The notes beneath the pieces were generated by a model, which saw only the letters and a program-made list of their open reading frames with translations, had not been told where the DNA came from and did no database searches. A DNA stretch of 64,000 nucleotides, taken from positions 1 through 64,000 of the IMG/VR virus record IMGVR_UViG_3300029955_000013; one strand, 5' to 3'. A program made the translations under genes and the position numbers. The stretch comes from a virus. This document shows positions 48,924 to 56,875 of the stretch, piece after piece. Numbering within the stretch: the stretch's first letter is position 1; the number at the start of each line of letters is the position of its first letter.

Positions 48924-48995
48924 GCTCCGCTCTTCTAACGGTTAGGATGTGACCCTCTCACGGTTACGATACGGGTTCGATTCCCGTGCGGAGTA
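48924..48995 (+). tRNA. tRNA-Glu(CTC)
   Basis: GCTCCGC/GCGGAGT, TGACC-CT CTC AC-GGTTA. Confidence 0.9.
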
Positions 48996-49010
48996 CAAAA
49001 AATAATTGAA

Positions 49011-49208
49011 ATGGGTTGGAAATGTACGCAGATTTTGACGAGACAGGAGGCGATAAATTTGATTGTTAGGTTGTCTGATGTGAGCATCTTGGAGAGCCTT
49101 TCTGACGACGATTTGTCAAACGTGGTTGACGGATTTTGTGGAGATAACATGGATATGCCTTATTATGGCTGCAACTTCATGGTCTCCGATGTTATAGATA
49201 ATGATTAA
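49011..49208 (+). CDS. Hypothetical protein
   Basis: ORF filling inter-tRNA space. Confidence 0.55.
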   Translation: MGWKCTQILTRQEAINLIVRLSDVSILESLSDDDLSNVVDGFCGDNMDMPYYGCNFMVSDVIDND

Positions 49209-49212
49209 ATAA

Positions 49213-49284
49213 GCAGGAATAGCACAATGGCCAGTGTACGGGTTTGCCAAATCTGATATGGGAGTTCGATTCTCCCCTCCTGCT
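49213..49284 (+). tRNA. tRNA-Gly(GCC)
   Basis: CGGGT-TT GCC AA-ATCTG, U73. Confidence 0.85.
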
Positions 49285-49364
49285 CTGTGTGTGCAAATAA
49301 AGTTCGAATCTTTACCTTATGTACCGGTTAGGGTAGGGTTAGTTCAATTGGTAGAACGGCACAG
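49285..49364 (+). ncRNA. Circularly permuted tRNA-like RNA (T-arm precedes D-arm; YrlA-like topology)
   Basis: TGTGC...T-arm TAAAG-TTCGAAT-CTTTA...CCTTAT/GTAGGG stem...D-arm GTTC-AATTGGTA-GAAC...GCACA closing stem. Confidence 0.6.
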
Positions 49365-49368
49365 TGTC

Positions 49369-49441
49369 GGGCATGTAACTCAGCGGTTAGAGTAGTTCGC
49401 TCATAACGAAAAGGTCGTAGGTTCGATTCCTACCTCGCCCA
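49369..49441 (+). tRNA. tRNA(CAT), probably Ile2 (lysidine type) rather than Met
   Basis: TTCG-CT CAT AA-CGAA; GGGC/GCCC-A acceptor with C4-G69; no initiator features. Confidence 0.8.
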
Positions 49442-49461
49442 CCTTAAAAGCAAGAATACGA

Positions 49462-49671
49462 ATGGATAAAAATGAGTTAAAGAAGGTTATTTACAAGACA
49501 CAACCGATTGCGATTTTGCTTAATGTCAGGAAAGACGGATTGTCTTATGCTGCGAGTGTCGATAACAAGATAGTAAAGTTCTTTATACCATACGATGAGA
49601 TTGGTGAAGTGGTTTGGTTTGCAGAGATGCCGGCAAAGTTGCTGATAAGGTATTTGATAGATGTTGATTAA
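49462..49671 (+). CDS. Hypothetical protein
   Basis: Clean ORF. Confidence 0.6.
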   Translation: MDKNELKKVIYKTQPIAILLNVRKDGLSYAASVDNKIVKFFIPYDEIGEVVWFAEMPAKLLIRYLIDVD

Positions 49672-49680
49672 ATATTTTTT

Positions 49681-49962
49681 ATGGAAGCCAAAGAGAAAAG
49701 ATTTCAGGGCCCTAATGGCGAGTTCGTACCGAGTAAACCGCTCAAGAAAGGCTACCTTTCTATAAAGCAAGCTGATGAAATATGTGAGTGGGTTTATTGT
49801 CACGACTCGTTTAGCGACGAAGAGAAGTTAAAAATGATACTTGGGGTGGAGACGCTGATCGGGGACATAATATCTGAGAACCTTGGAGACTTCAATGTGG
49901 CTTATGTTCCAACCTGGTCAACAAAGTTTAATGACAAAACGCCAATATCGTCTAACGGTTAG
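49681..49962 (+). CDS. Hypothetical protein (3' end runs into tRNA-Glu)
   Basis: Stop codon lies in D-arm of next tRNA. Confidence 0.55.
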   Translation: MEAKEKRFQGPNGEFVPSKPLKKGYLSIKQADEICEWVYCHDSFSDEEKLKMILGVETLIGDIISENLGDFNVAYVPTWSTKFNDKTPISSNG

Positions 49963-50013
49963 GATTGCTCGTTTTCAGCGAGAAAGATGTCGGTTCGAAT
50001 CCGTCTATTGGTT
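49941..50013 (+). tRNA. tRNA-Glu(TTC)
   Basis: GCCAATA/TATTGGT; CTCG-TT TTC AG-CGAG; D-arm like the other Glu tRNAs. Confidence 0.75.
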
Positions 50014-50098
50014 CAAAACTTGGAGGAATCTGGGTCTATCCTGAATTAATAAAGTGCGAGCAAGTGTACATATCTCGCCGCAATAAAGTAAGAGGGAT

Positions 50099-50170
50099 CG
50101 TGGATTAGCTCAGTGGTAGAGTAGCAGGCTGATGGACTGTTGGTCGGTGGTTCAAATCCACCATCCACAA
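50099..50170 (+). tRNA. Atypical tRNA-Ile(GAT)
   Basis: Good D and T arms; loop CT GAT GG, weak anticodon stem, C1-A72 mismatch. Confidence 0.55.
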
Positions 50171-50252
50171 CAAACCAGATAGGAATGTCTGGTGTGCTCT
50201 GGTAATGAGAGTGTGAATAAGCGCGAATAAAACACACTGGTAAGAAACAGAG

Positions 50253-50324
50253 TGTACTATAGGGTAGTGGTAGCCCGTCGGCATCAACAGCCGAAGATCT
50301 CAGGTTCGATTCCTGGTAGTGCAA
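50253..50324 (+). tRNA. Atypical tRNA with CAA anticodon (Leu) on Gln-like body
   Basis: TGTACTA/TAGTGCA-A; TCGGC-AT CAA CA-GCCGA; short variable loop. Confidence 0.6.
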
Positions 50325-50330
50325 CAATTT

Positions 50331-50669
50331 ATGGCTGAATATTATCATATAACTAATAGTAAAAACCTTAGTAATATCCTTACGGAAGGCCTGATACCAA
50401 ACAAGGGATATGGCATGAGCCGTAGGTTAATAAAGCATAACAAAAACTTTATTACGGATAATATTGCCTACATAATTCATAAGCAGATAGGCTTCAAAAG
50501 GTTTATTACAAAAGATTATGTAGTTCTTAATATCGAGCCATACGGTTTAAATATCAAAGAACACACTTATTGGGATCATATAAACCATAAACATGAAGTT
50601 GCAAAGCATGAGTTTGTTTGTTTTGACGTAATATTACCGAACAAAATTAGTGTAATGCAGAACAATTAA
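50331..50669 (+). CDS. ADP-ribosyltransferase/Tpt1-like NAD-binding domain protein
   Basis: YYHIT...NL..IL.EGL.P; C-terminal E.......I.P..I. Confidence 0.5.
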   Translation: MAEYYHITNSKNLSNILTEGLIPNKGYGMSRRLIKHNKNFITDNIAYIIHKQIGFKRFITKDYVVLNIEPYGLNIKEHTYWDHINHKHEVAKHEFVCFDVILPNKISVMQNN

Positions 50670-50678
50670 AATAATTTT

Positions 50679-51551
50679 ATGAACACACGTATTGCGCCTT
50701 CCCCAACAGGCTTTTTTCATCTGGGGACTGCACGGACAGCTTATCACAACTGGCTTGTGGCTCGCGCAACGGGTGGCTTGTTCACCCTGAGGATCGACGA
50801 CACCGACGACGACAGGAACGATGAGGGTCATGTACAGATGATCTACGACTGCATGGACTGGCTTGGTCTCGATTATGACGATACTTTCAGGCAGAGCGAC
50901 CGGAACAAGATTTATGTTGATTACGCTCAGTTCCTTTTGGACATTGATTATGCTACTGTTGCCGACAATGGTGCTATAATGTTTAGATTTCGTGATGAAG
51001 ATTTAATTCACTTTTTTAACGACACTATCGCCGGCAAGATAGAAACTAAGCAGGATGACATCGACAATCTTAGGAGCCTTGTTCTTATGAAGTCTGATGG
51101 TAACCCTACTTATAACTTCTGTTCCATTGTCGACGACTACCTAAGCAAGATAGACTGGATAATTCGTGGCGCCGATCACATAAAGAATACGATAAAACAG
51201 CTACATGTCATAGAGGCAGTTCAGTCTTTGGATAATCCGGTTAATTATTGGAAACCAAAGTTCACCCATGTGGGCCTTATACACGACATGAGCAACAAGA
51301 AGCTGTCCAAGAGGACCGGTGCGAAAAGCGTGCTCGACTACAAGAACGAAGGCGTAAAGCCGGGTGCTCTGCTCAACACGCTGCTTAGGATTGGCTGGGC
51401 GCCTACCGACCCGAACTTCGACTCGAAGCATAAGATCGTGACGAAGGACATGGCGGTGGACATGATACTCAAGGAAGGTAACTTCAGGTCTGCTCCCGGT
51501 AAGTTCGATCCGATGAAACTCGCATACTACAATAAAAAGCATAGTAATTAA
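50679..51551 (+). CDS. gltX: Minimal glutamyl-tRNA synthetase-like protein (catalytic domain only, 290 aa; GluRS/GluQ family)
   Basis: TRIAPSPTG..HLGT, LRIDDTD, QSDR..Y, PTYNF..VDD, IRGADH, KLSKR; no anticodon-binding domain. Confidence 0.85.
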   Translation: MNTRIAPSPTGFFHLGTARTAYHNWLVARATGGLFTLRIDDTDDDRNDEGHVQMIYDCMDWLGLDYDDTFRQSDRNKIYVDYAQFLLDIDYATVADNGAIMFRFRDEDLIHFFNDTIAGKIETKQDDIDNLRSLVLMKSDGNPTYNFCSIVDDYLSKIDWIIRGADHIKNTIKQLHVIEAVQSLDNPVNYWKPKFTHVGLIHDMSNKKLSKRTGAKSVLDYKNEGVKPGALLNTLLRIGWAPTDPNFDSKHKIVTKDMAVDMILKEGNFRSAPGKFDPMKLAYYNKKHSN

Positions 51552-51579
51552 AAAAATGTCGCACATCAGTGCGACACTC

Positions 51580-51650
51580 GCCCGTATAATTTAATGGAAG
51601 ACTAATCCTTTGGTATGGGATATGCATCAGTTCGATTCTGATTATGGGCT
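51580..51650 (+). tRNA. tRNA-Thr(GGT)
   Basis: GCCCGTA/TATGGGC; ATCCT-TT GGT AT-GGGAT; weak D stem. Confidence 0.7.
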
Positions 51651-51666
51651 CATAAAATTTCAATTA

Positions 51667-51837
51667 ATGCAGTTATCGTTTGGTATTGGTGATACGGTTT
51701 ACGCGAACGTTGGTGGCCAGGAGATGAAAATATTGGATGTCTCTGGCAACACGTATATTTGTCAGGTAATTGTTGACGGTAAGACGGAAAAGGTTAACTT
51801 CGAAAAGGGAACAGTACACAAGAAAATAAGGAAATAA
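51667..51837 (+). CDS. YodC/DUF2158-like small protein
   Basis: F.IGD.V....GG..M...C; start at 51667 because the tracked start overlaps a tRNA. Confidence 0.6.
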   Translation: MQLSFGIGDTVYANVGGQEMKILDVSGNTYICQVIVDGKTEKVNFEKGTVHKKIRK

Positions 51838-51891
51838 TTTATAAATGGAAAACATTCACGTCTCGTCTGGATAGCTCATCATTGATCAACA

Positions 51892-52095
51892 ATGATGACT
51901 ACAATTACAAGAACTCGATTTTGGAGAGTCGAGTGGATCCATAGAAATGGATACCGTGCACCACATTCGTTTGTGGAAGCAAAAAACAAGAAAGAGGCTG
52001 TGAAAATAGCCCAAGATAATTCCAGGTTTACTGATTTTCCCAAGACTTGGTCCTTTAATCTTGTCCGCTTAGTGGAGAAGGGAGAGGAAGAATAA
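51892..52095 (+). CDS. Hypothetical protein
   Basis: VEA.NK.EA pattern common in small phage proteins. Confidence 0.55.
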   Translation: MMTTITRTRFWRVEWIHRNGYRAPHSFVEAKNKKEAVKIAQDNSRFTDFPKTWSFNLVRLVEKGEEE

Positions 52096-52213
52096 ATGAC
52101 TTAAAACCGAACGGGTTTGTGGACAAGCAACAACCTGCTCCTGGCCAGCAATGGTATATGGAAAAACCACTTTAAATATGTTGTCGTGAAAGGGGGCGGT
52201 GACCCTTTCAAAT

Positions 52214-52284
52214 GCGGGAGTAGCACAATGGTAGTGCACGGGCTTGCCAAGTCTGATACGAGGGTTCGATTCCCTTCTCCCGCT
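52214..52284 (+). tRNA. tRNA-Gly(GCC)
   Basis: Canonical GCGGGAG/CTCCCGC-U; TT GCC AA loop. Confidence 0.93.
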
Positions 52285-52319
52285 CAGGGTTAAAAAGAGT
52301 TTAAAATAAAAACAATTCT

Positions 52320-52592
52320 ATGAGTAATTTAAAGATACCTTCTTTTGAAGAGGTATTAGCGAATGATGGCAAGGCTGAAGACCTTGAGCTTATTAAGATA
52401 GAAAAGCAATCTCAGCTTGACACCCAGGTCAGGACCATAGAGGTTAAGATAGCAAGGGCACGCAAGCTTTTTGCGAAGTCTGTGATCGACCCGAAGATTG
52501 ACACTTTGGCGATTGCCTCAGAACTAAAGATATTGACTGCGGAACTCGAGCTTGCGAAGGAAATAAGAGAGGCGGTTTTCCCAAAAAATTAA
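52320..52592 (+). CDS. Hypothetical coiled-coil protein
   Basis: Clean ORF. Confidence 0.6.
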   Translation: MSNLKIPSFEEVLANDGKAEDLELIKIEKQSQLDTQVRTIEVKIARARKLFAKSVIDPKIDTLAIASELKILTAELELAKEIREAVFPKN

Positions 52593-52596
52593 TTTG

Positions 52597-53376
52597 ATGA
52601 GCGTTATTGATGAACTTTGGAAACCTCAGCAAGAATCCGTTCACGATTATGACGACACTGTAAAAGAACTGCATCCGTACAAGGATTATATCCAGGAGAA
52701 GTATCGGCCGGAGCCTTGCGATTACAACAATTCGCCGCCTCGTTTTTATTATGGTTATGGCAACAGTTCTATTTTAATCACCAAGCAGCGTGGAAGGCGT
52801 AGGCATCTTGGGAAGCATATCATCATCAAAAAGACGCTTAAAAGCACCTATCTCGATTTTGAGCTTCCTGACAAACTTTACGTTACTGTAGAGGGTTTGA
52901 TCGTACATGAAAGCGATTTCTATTGTACTGATGACTCGTTCATGGAGGCGGAATACTTTACTAACAAGTCCATTTACCTGCAGTTTAAAGACGTTAGTTG
53001 CGACATCAACTTAATAGCTTATTTCTTGACCAATAAGGAGTATGATGATTACGAGAAGGAAGACTATCGGTATAGGAGCATGGGCATGATGAGTCCTGTG
53101 CTGGAAATTTACAAGTATCTGCACGAGGGTCGTTCGAAGATAGAGATCGTTTACTGCAATACCTTCTTTGATGATCCGAACAAGCATGTCATAAATAACA
53201 TGTTAAATACGAGTAAGTTTTTGATAGACCCGGTGGCCCCAATCGTACAAAGTGTTTGTGATCTCGGCCGGCATCTGTTCGTCAGCTCTAATGGTTACAT
53301 CTGTCACTGGAAGTTTTATACCAGATTAGATACAGACTTACTGATAAGACATGCTAAAAAACTTGTATTTCTATGA
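52597..53376 (+). CDS. Hypothetical protein
   Basis: Long ORF coupled to next gene. Confidence 0.6.
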   Translation: MSVIDELWKPQQESVHDYDDTVKELHPYKDYIQEKYRPEPCDYNNSPPRFYYGYGNSSILITKQRGRRRHLGKHIIIKKTLKSTYLDFELPDKLYVTVEGLIVHESDFYCTDDSFMEAEYFTNKSIYLQFKDVSCDINLIAYFLTNKEYDDYEKEDYRYRSMGMMSPVLEIYKYLHEGRSKIEIVYCNTFFDDPNKHVINNMLNTSKFLIDPVAPIVQSVCDLGRHLFVSSNGYICHWKFYTRLDTDLLIRHAKKLVFL

Positions 53377-53864
53377 ACATATTTGTGCTCGGCGGTACCA
53401 AGTCCGGTAAATCCACCATTGCGAAGTATATTGCTGATACGTATGGCTTCAAACTCATACAGATGTCCAAGCCGCTGAAAGATAGGTTCGAGCGTGGGGA
53501 TCTGAACATAGACGTTTACACGAACATGTTGGTTAAGACCACGCTTAGTTACATAGGTTCCAAAGAGAGGCGTAAATCTGAGTATTTCTTGAATTACGCT
53601 TTGCTGGAAATGGGGCCTAATAATGTGTTCGACGGTGTGCGGAACCCTCGTGACTTCATGAGGCTTTTCAATCACTTCGAGGACATGGTTATAAAGATGC
53701 CTGGCGAAGGCATAAATGCTTTTGAGGTGGATGGCTTAAGAGCTATATTCGGCTGCCACAGGTATATGTACAAGTACATGAGCGCAAAGCCGCTGATCAA
53801 GTACCATTACGATCTGGAGCTATCCATAGAGGAGAATTTCCAGAACAACAAAATAGTCATTTAA
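53373..53864 (+). CDS. P-loop nucleoside monophosphate kinase-like protein
   Basis: GGTKSGKST Walker A; DGVRN..D. Confidence 0.7.
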   Translation: MNIFVLGGTKSGKSTIAKYIADTYGFKLIQMSKPLKDRFERGDLNIDVYTNMLVKTTLSYIGSKERRKSEYFLNYALLEMGPNNVFDGVRNPRDFMRLFNHFEDMVIKMPGEGINAFEVDGLRAIFGCHRYMYKYMSAKPLIKYHYDLELSIEENFQNNKIVI

Positions 53865-53873
53865 AAGTAGCTT

Positions 53874-55085
53874 ATGGTTTCTAAATTCGCAATGGACGAC
53901 GCTTATGCTGTACAGGCAGACATTATAGAAGGTTGGTACACGAAGTACAAGTCCATGGATTTGCCTAACGGCTTCAAGAGGGTGTTGTATAGCTTTTCTA
54001 AAAGCGGCGTATCTGTTGCTCTCGGCAGGAATGAAAAATACGGGTATTTCATCTGCGCTTACGGTCAGGGCGAATATTCTTTCGTGATGACAGAAGCTGA
54101 TAGCGAGAACATTCCTGCCGAGGAAGTCTTTGACGTTAAAACTAAGGAAGGATTTATAAAGCATTTCGAGAGGTTTTGCAGGGAGTATAATTACTTGGAT
54201 TTCGAGGTAGTCGATAATGTAAGAGCCTATGATGACACGACGCTTTTCTGCCCGGCCGGGATGCAGAAGTATAAGAACGTGTTTAAGGCGGAGTGCCCAG
54301 AGGATGCTGACAAGGCCGTAAGGCGTCAGTACATGAAGCTAAATGAGAGTGTTATAGCAAATATTCAACCTTGCATAAGGATGAACGATTTGGATGATAT
54401 TGGTGACGGCACGCATTTGCTTTACTTCAACATGATGGGCCTTTTTGCATTTAGGACTCCTGGCTTTGGTGTTAGGCATGCTGTAAAATTTTGGCTTGAT
54501 TTCCTTGAGACGATCGGCTTGAAACCGGATCTTGTTACTGTCCACCCAGACAAGCAAGATTGGATATTTTATTACCAAGATGAAACGGTAGAGCAGAAAT
54601 ATGTAGACGATTTTCTTCAGTATAACGGGCCTGATTTCCTGCTCGATCCAGATTGCACGTGGACTGATGGCGAGATTGGAGGTTACTGTACGGAGTTCTA
54701 CATAAAGGACGTGGAGATAGGCAACATTGTGAATCCGCTTGGTAACTGCATAGATTGCGGCTTTGGCCTCGAGAGGATTCTGTATATACTCAATAATGAG
54801 TTGACTATCGCAACCGATTTGGACACGCTTAAGGAAACCATACTTAAGATATTAGACAGCGGTTACACGCCATCTAATCTCAAACAGGGCTATGTTTTAA
54901 GGAAGCTGTTGAGGGAGTTCGTCAAGAAGGGCGGCGAGATGGATCACGAGGTGTTTCTCGACGAGAAGGATAGGCAGCGAAAAATATATGACAGGTGGCT
55001 GCTGCTCAAGGATAAGCACAAGGACAAGAGCCCTGAATGGTGGTATGATACGCACGGGATTGATTTGAAAATGATAAACGGTTAA
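53874..55085 (+). CDS. alaS: Minimal alanyl-tRNA synthetase-like protein (no editing or C-Ala domains)
   Basis: D.TTLFCPAGMQ, QPCIR.NDLD.IG...H..YF.M.G, GYCTEF, IDCGFGLERI, PSN..QGYVLRKLLR, YDTHG. Confidence 0.85.
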   Translation: MVSKFAMDDAYAVQADIIEGWYTKYKSMDLPNGFKRVLYSFSKSGVSVALGRNEKYGYFICAYGQGEYSFVMTEADSENIPAEEVFDVKTKEGFIKHFERFCREYNYLDFEVVDNVRAYDDTTLFCPAGMQKYKNVFKAECPEDADKAVRRQYMKLNESVIANIQPCIRMNDLDDIGDGTHLLYFNMMGLFAFRTPGFGVRHAVKFWLDFLETIGLKPDLVTVHPDKQDWIFYYQDETVEQKYVDDFLQYNGPDFLLDPDCTWTDGEIGGYCTEFYIKDVEIGNIVNPLGNCIDCGFGLERILYILNNELTIATDLDTLKETILKILDSGYTPSNLKQGYVLRKLLREFVKKGGEMDHEVFLDEKDRQRKIYDRWLLLKDKHKDKSPEWWYDTHGIDLKMING

Positions 55086-55088
55086 TTT

Positions 55089-55406
55089 ATGACCAAAGCG
55101 CCTTTTGACGTCTTCTTTACTTTTGATATAAGTTTGAATATTGTGTCTTATGATTCGGATAGTGATACAATGAATTGGTTTAGCCGGTCTGTTCGTAATC
55201 AGATTAAGCTTCACGAGGAAGTTGGAAAGAAGATGGAAGACAGAGGCTATCTTTATGGCTGGTATGAAATATTGGAGACTGATTTTAACTTTCTCACACC
55301 GGCTAAAGAGTCGATCCAGGATAAAAAGGTAAAAGTAAAAGTCGGCGCCTATAAGGATGAACAGTTTATGTATTCTAAGAAAGAATTGGAAAAAATGGTA
55401 AGTTGA
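55089..55406 (+). CDS. Hypothetical protein
   Basis: Clean ORF. Confidence 0.55.
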   Translation: MTKAPFDVFFTFDISLNIVSYDSDSDTMNWFSRSVRNQIKLHEEVGKKMEDRGYLYGWYEILETDFNFLTPAKESIQDKKVKVKVGAYKDEQFMYSKKELEKMVS

Positions 55407-55416
55407 TAAGTAAGAT

Positions 55417-55492
55417 GGGCGATTACTCCCTCACCCTTATAAGGTGTTGAAAGGATAGTTGGTACAGTTCGGTTCGATCCCGAAATCGCCTA
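55417..55492 (+). tRNA. Non-canonical tRNA-Ile(TAT) lacking a conventional D-arm
   Basis: GGGCGAT/ATCGCCT-A acceptor, CACC-CT TAT AA-GGTG, T-arm TTCGG-TTCGATC-CCGAA; D-loop-like AGTTGGTA lies after the anticodon arm. Confidence 0.7.
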
Positions 55493-55494
55493 CA

Positions 55495-55971
55495 ATGATT
55501 TACGATGAATTGTGTGGAGAGATTTATGACGAGGTGATAAAGTTTAATATTTTTAAACAGTACCTCGAGAATTACGATGTAGATTTGCCTAAGTTAAGAG
55601 TTGAGACGCTCGATTTTTGTTCACAGACAGTCGATGGCAGGGATGCGGATTATATGGCCAGGATTGCCGCGGCAAAGCCGAAGATTTATTTCGCTACTCT
55701 TATAAAGAGCAAGATACTTGGCGAGCTCGTTAAAATCAAGAAACGTCAAGATTTACTCGAGAAATGGCAGGCATCAGGCATATTGGATGGCTTACACCAG
55801 GGAGTTAACACTAATATTGTTGCATTGATGGAAAGCCAGTCGGAGCAGAGTATTACTGAAAACAGGAGCGCTGAGTTCTATTGGGACACAGTAAGGCTTC
55901 CGCTCGTAAGGAGTGTGTTAATTGATTCTTTAATCAAAGAAGCAGAGCATGACCAGGAAGAAAAGGTATGA
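55495..55971 (+). CDS. Protein with C-terminal segment resembling the N-terminus of T4-like major capsid proteins
   Basis: LLEKW..SG.LDGL.......ALMESQ...LPLVR; true start 55495. Confidence 0.55.
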   Translation: MIYDELCGEIYDEVIKFNIFKQYLENYDVDLPKLRVETLDFCSQTVDGRDADYMARIAAAKPKIYFATLIKSKILGELVKIKKRQDLLEKWQASGILDGLHQGVNTNIVALMESQSEQSITENRSAEFYWDTVRLPLVRSVLIDSLIKEAEHDQEEKV

Positions 55972-56329
55972 ACTTACGAAATCGTCTGCCGATAAATTGA
56001 CAGACGCCATTGGGTGCAAGATAGATTTTAAGATAAAAGAGCTTGTAGTTTATCTTAACTTAAATAAGTTCGTTACATTTGCATCTTGTCAGGGACATAG
56101 GAGTCACGGCTTGCGTTACCCTTGGATTGATTTCGACATAAAGTCATACAATGGTTTATTCGATTTTATAAAGAGGCACAAAATCGTCGGCCTTGAAATA
56201 AAGCTCTTGGAAAGCGGTGATGGTTTCGTTATGAGGCTACAACCGGTAGACAAGACCAGGATAAAGGCGGCGAGGGATATTTTTCACATGCTTGAGAAGA
56301 AGTTAAGTAAAAGTTTTTGGAATAAATAA
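55949..56329 (+). CDS. Hypothetical protein
   Basis: ID..I..LV..LN.....T.ASC.GH...PWI.F conserved-looking motif. Confidence 0.6.
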   Translation: MTRKKRYELTKSSADKLTDAIGCKIDFKIKELVVYLNLNKFVTFASCQGHRSHGLRYPWIDFDIKSYNGLFDFIKRHKIVGLEIKLLESGDGFVMRLQPVDKTRIKAARDIFHMLEKKLSKSFWNK

Positions 56330-56380
56330 GTGATTCTTAGTTTCATCGCTGTAGGGATTCTATTAATCAAAACAGTTAAA

Positions 56381-56734
56381 ATGAAAGATCTAAGAATGGC
56401 CTTTGAGGGTTTGAGGAAAAACCCAGTATTCGTTGAAAATTTCTCTTGTGTAGAAGACGTCTTTAATGGTTTTGTCACATCGGAAGAACAAGAGCAGGGA
56501 GTAGAGATACTATATGCTGCTTACCATAGACCAGATTGGGAAGGCTATGCTACAGTTTACTTCTACAATGCGATCTCCGGAAAGTATTACGAGGTACACG
56601 GCTCACACTGTTCCTGCTACGGCTTGGAAGGTCAATGGGTCCCAGAGGAATTATCGTTAGAGGGATTGCAATACATCCTCGACAATGGTAATTCACACGA
56701 GTATGACGACTTTAGAGAAATCTTGGGAAGTTAA
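56381..56734 (+). CDS. Hypothetical phage protein
   Basis: YEVHGSHCSCYGLEGQW motif. Confidence 0.7.
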   Translation: MKDLRMAFEGLRKNPVFVENFSCVEDVFNGFVTSEEQEQGVEILYAAYHRPDWEGYATVYFYNAISGKYYEVHGSHCSCYGLEGQWVPEELSLEGLQYILDNGNSHEYDDFREILGS

Positions 56735-56787
56735 AAAAATGGTATCAAAGTATTGGGTGAGATTCCCAGTATTCCCTGATACCAAAC

Positions 56788-56860
56788 AGGCCTGTATATC
56801 ATCGGTTAGATAGCCATGCTGATAACATGGAAGCAGTTGGTTCGACTCCAACCTGGCCTA
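56788..56860 (+). tRNA. tRNA-Ile(GAT)
   Basis: CCATG-CT GAT AA-CATGG; AGGCC/GGCCT-A. Confidence 0.88.
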
Positions 56861-56875
56861 CACTAAAAGAATTTT

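Noticed and set aside
49941-50013. Reading this tRNA as an opal suppressor (TCA)
   Set aside because: Alignment with the other Glu tRNAs gives a 7-nt loop TT TTC AG; TCA would need a 5-nt loop.
52096-52212. Possible ncRNA before tRNA-Gly (and isolated hairpins at ~47288, 51557, 56740, 61976)
   Set aside because: Only single hairpins next to tRNA 5' or 3' ends, most simply processing or stability elements.
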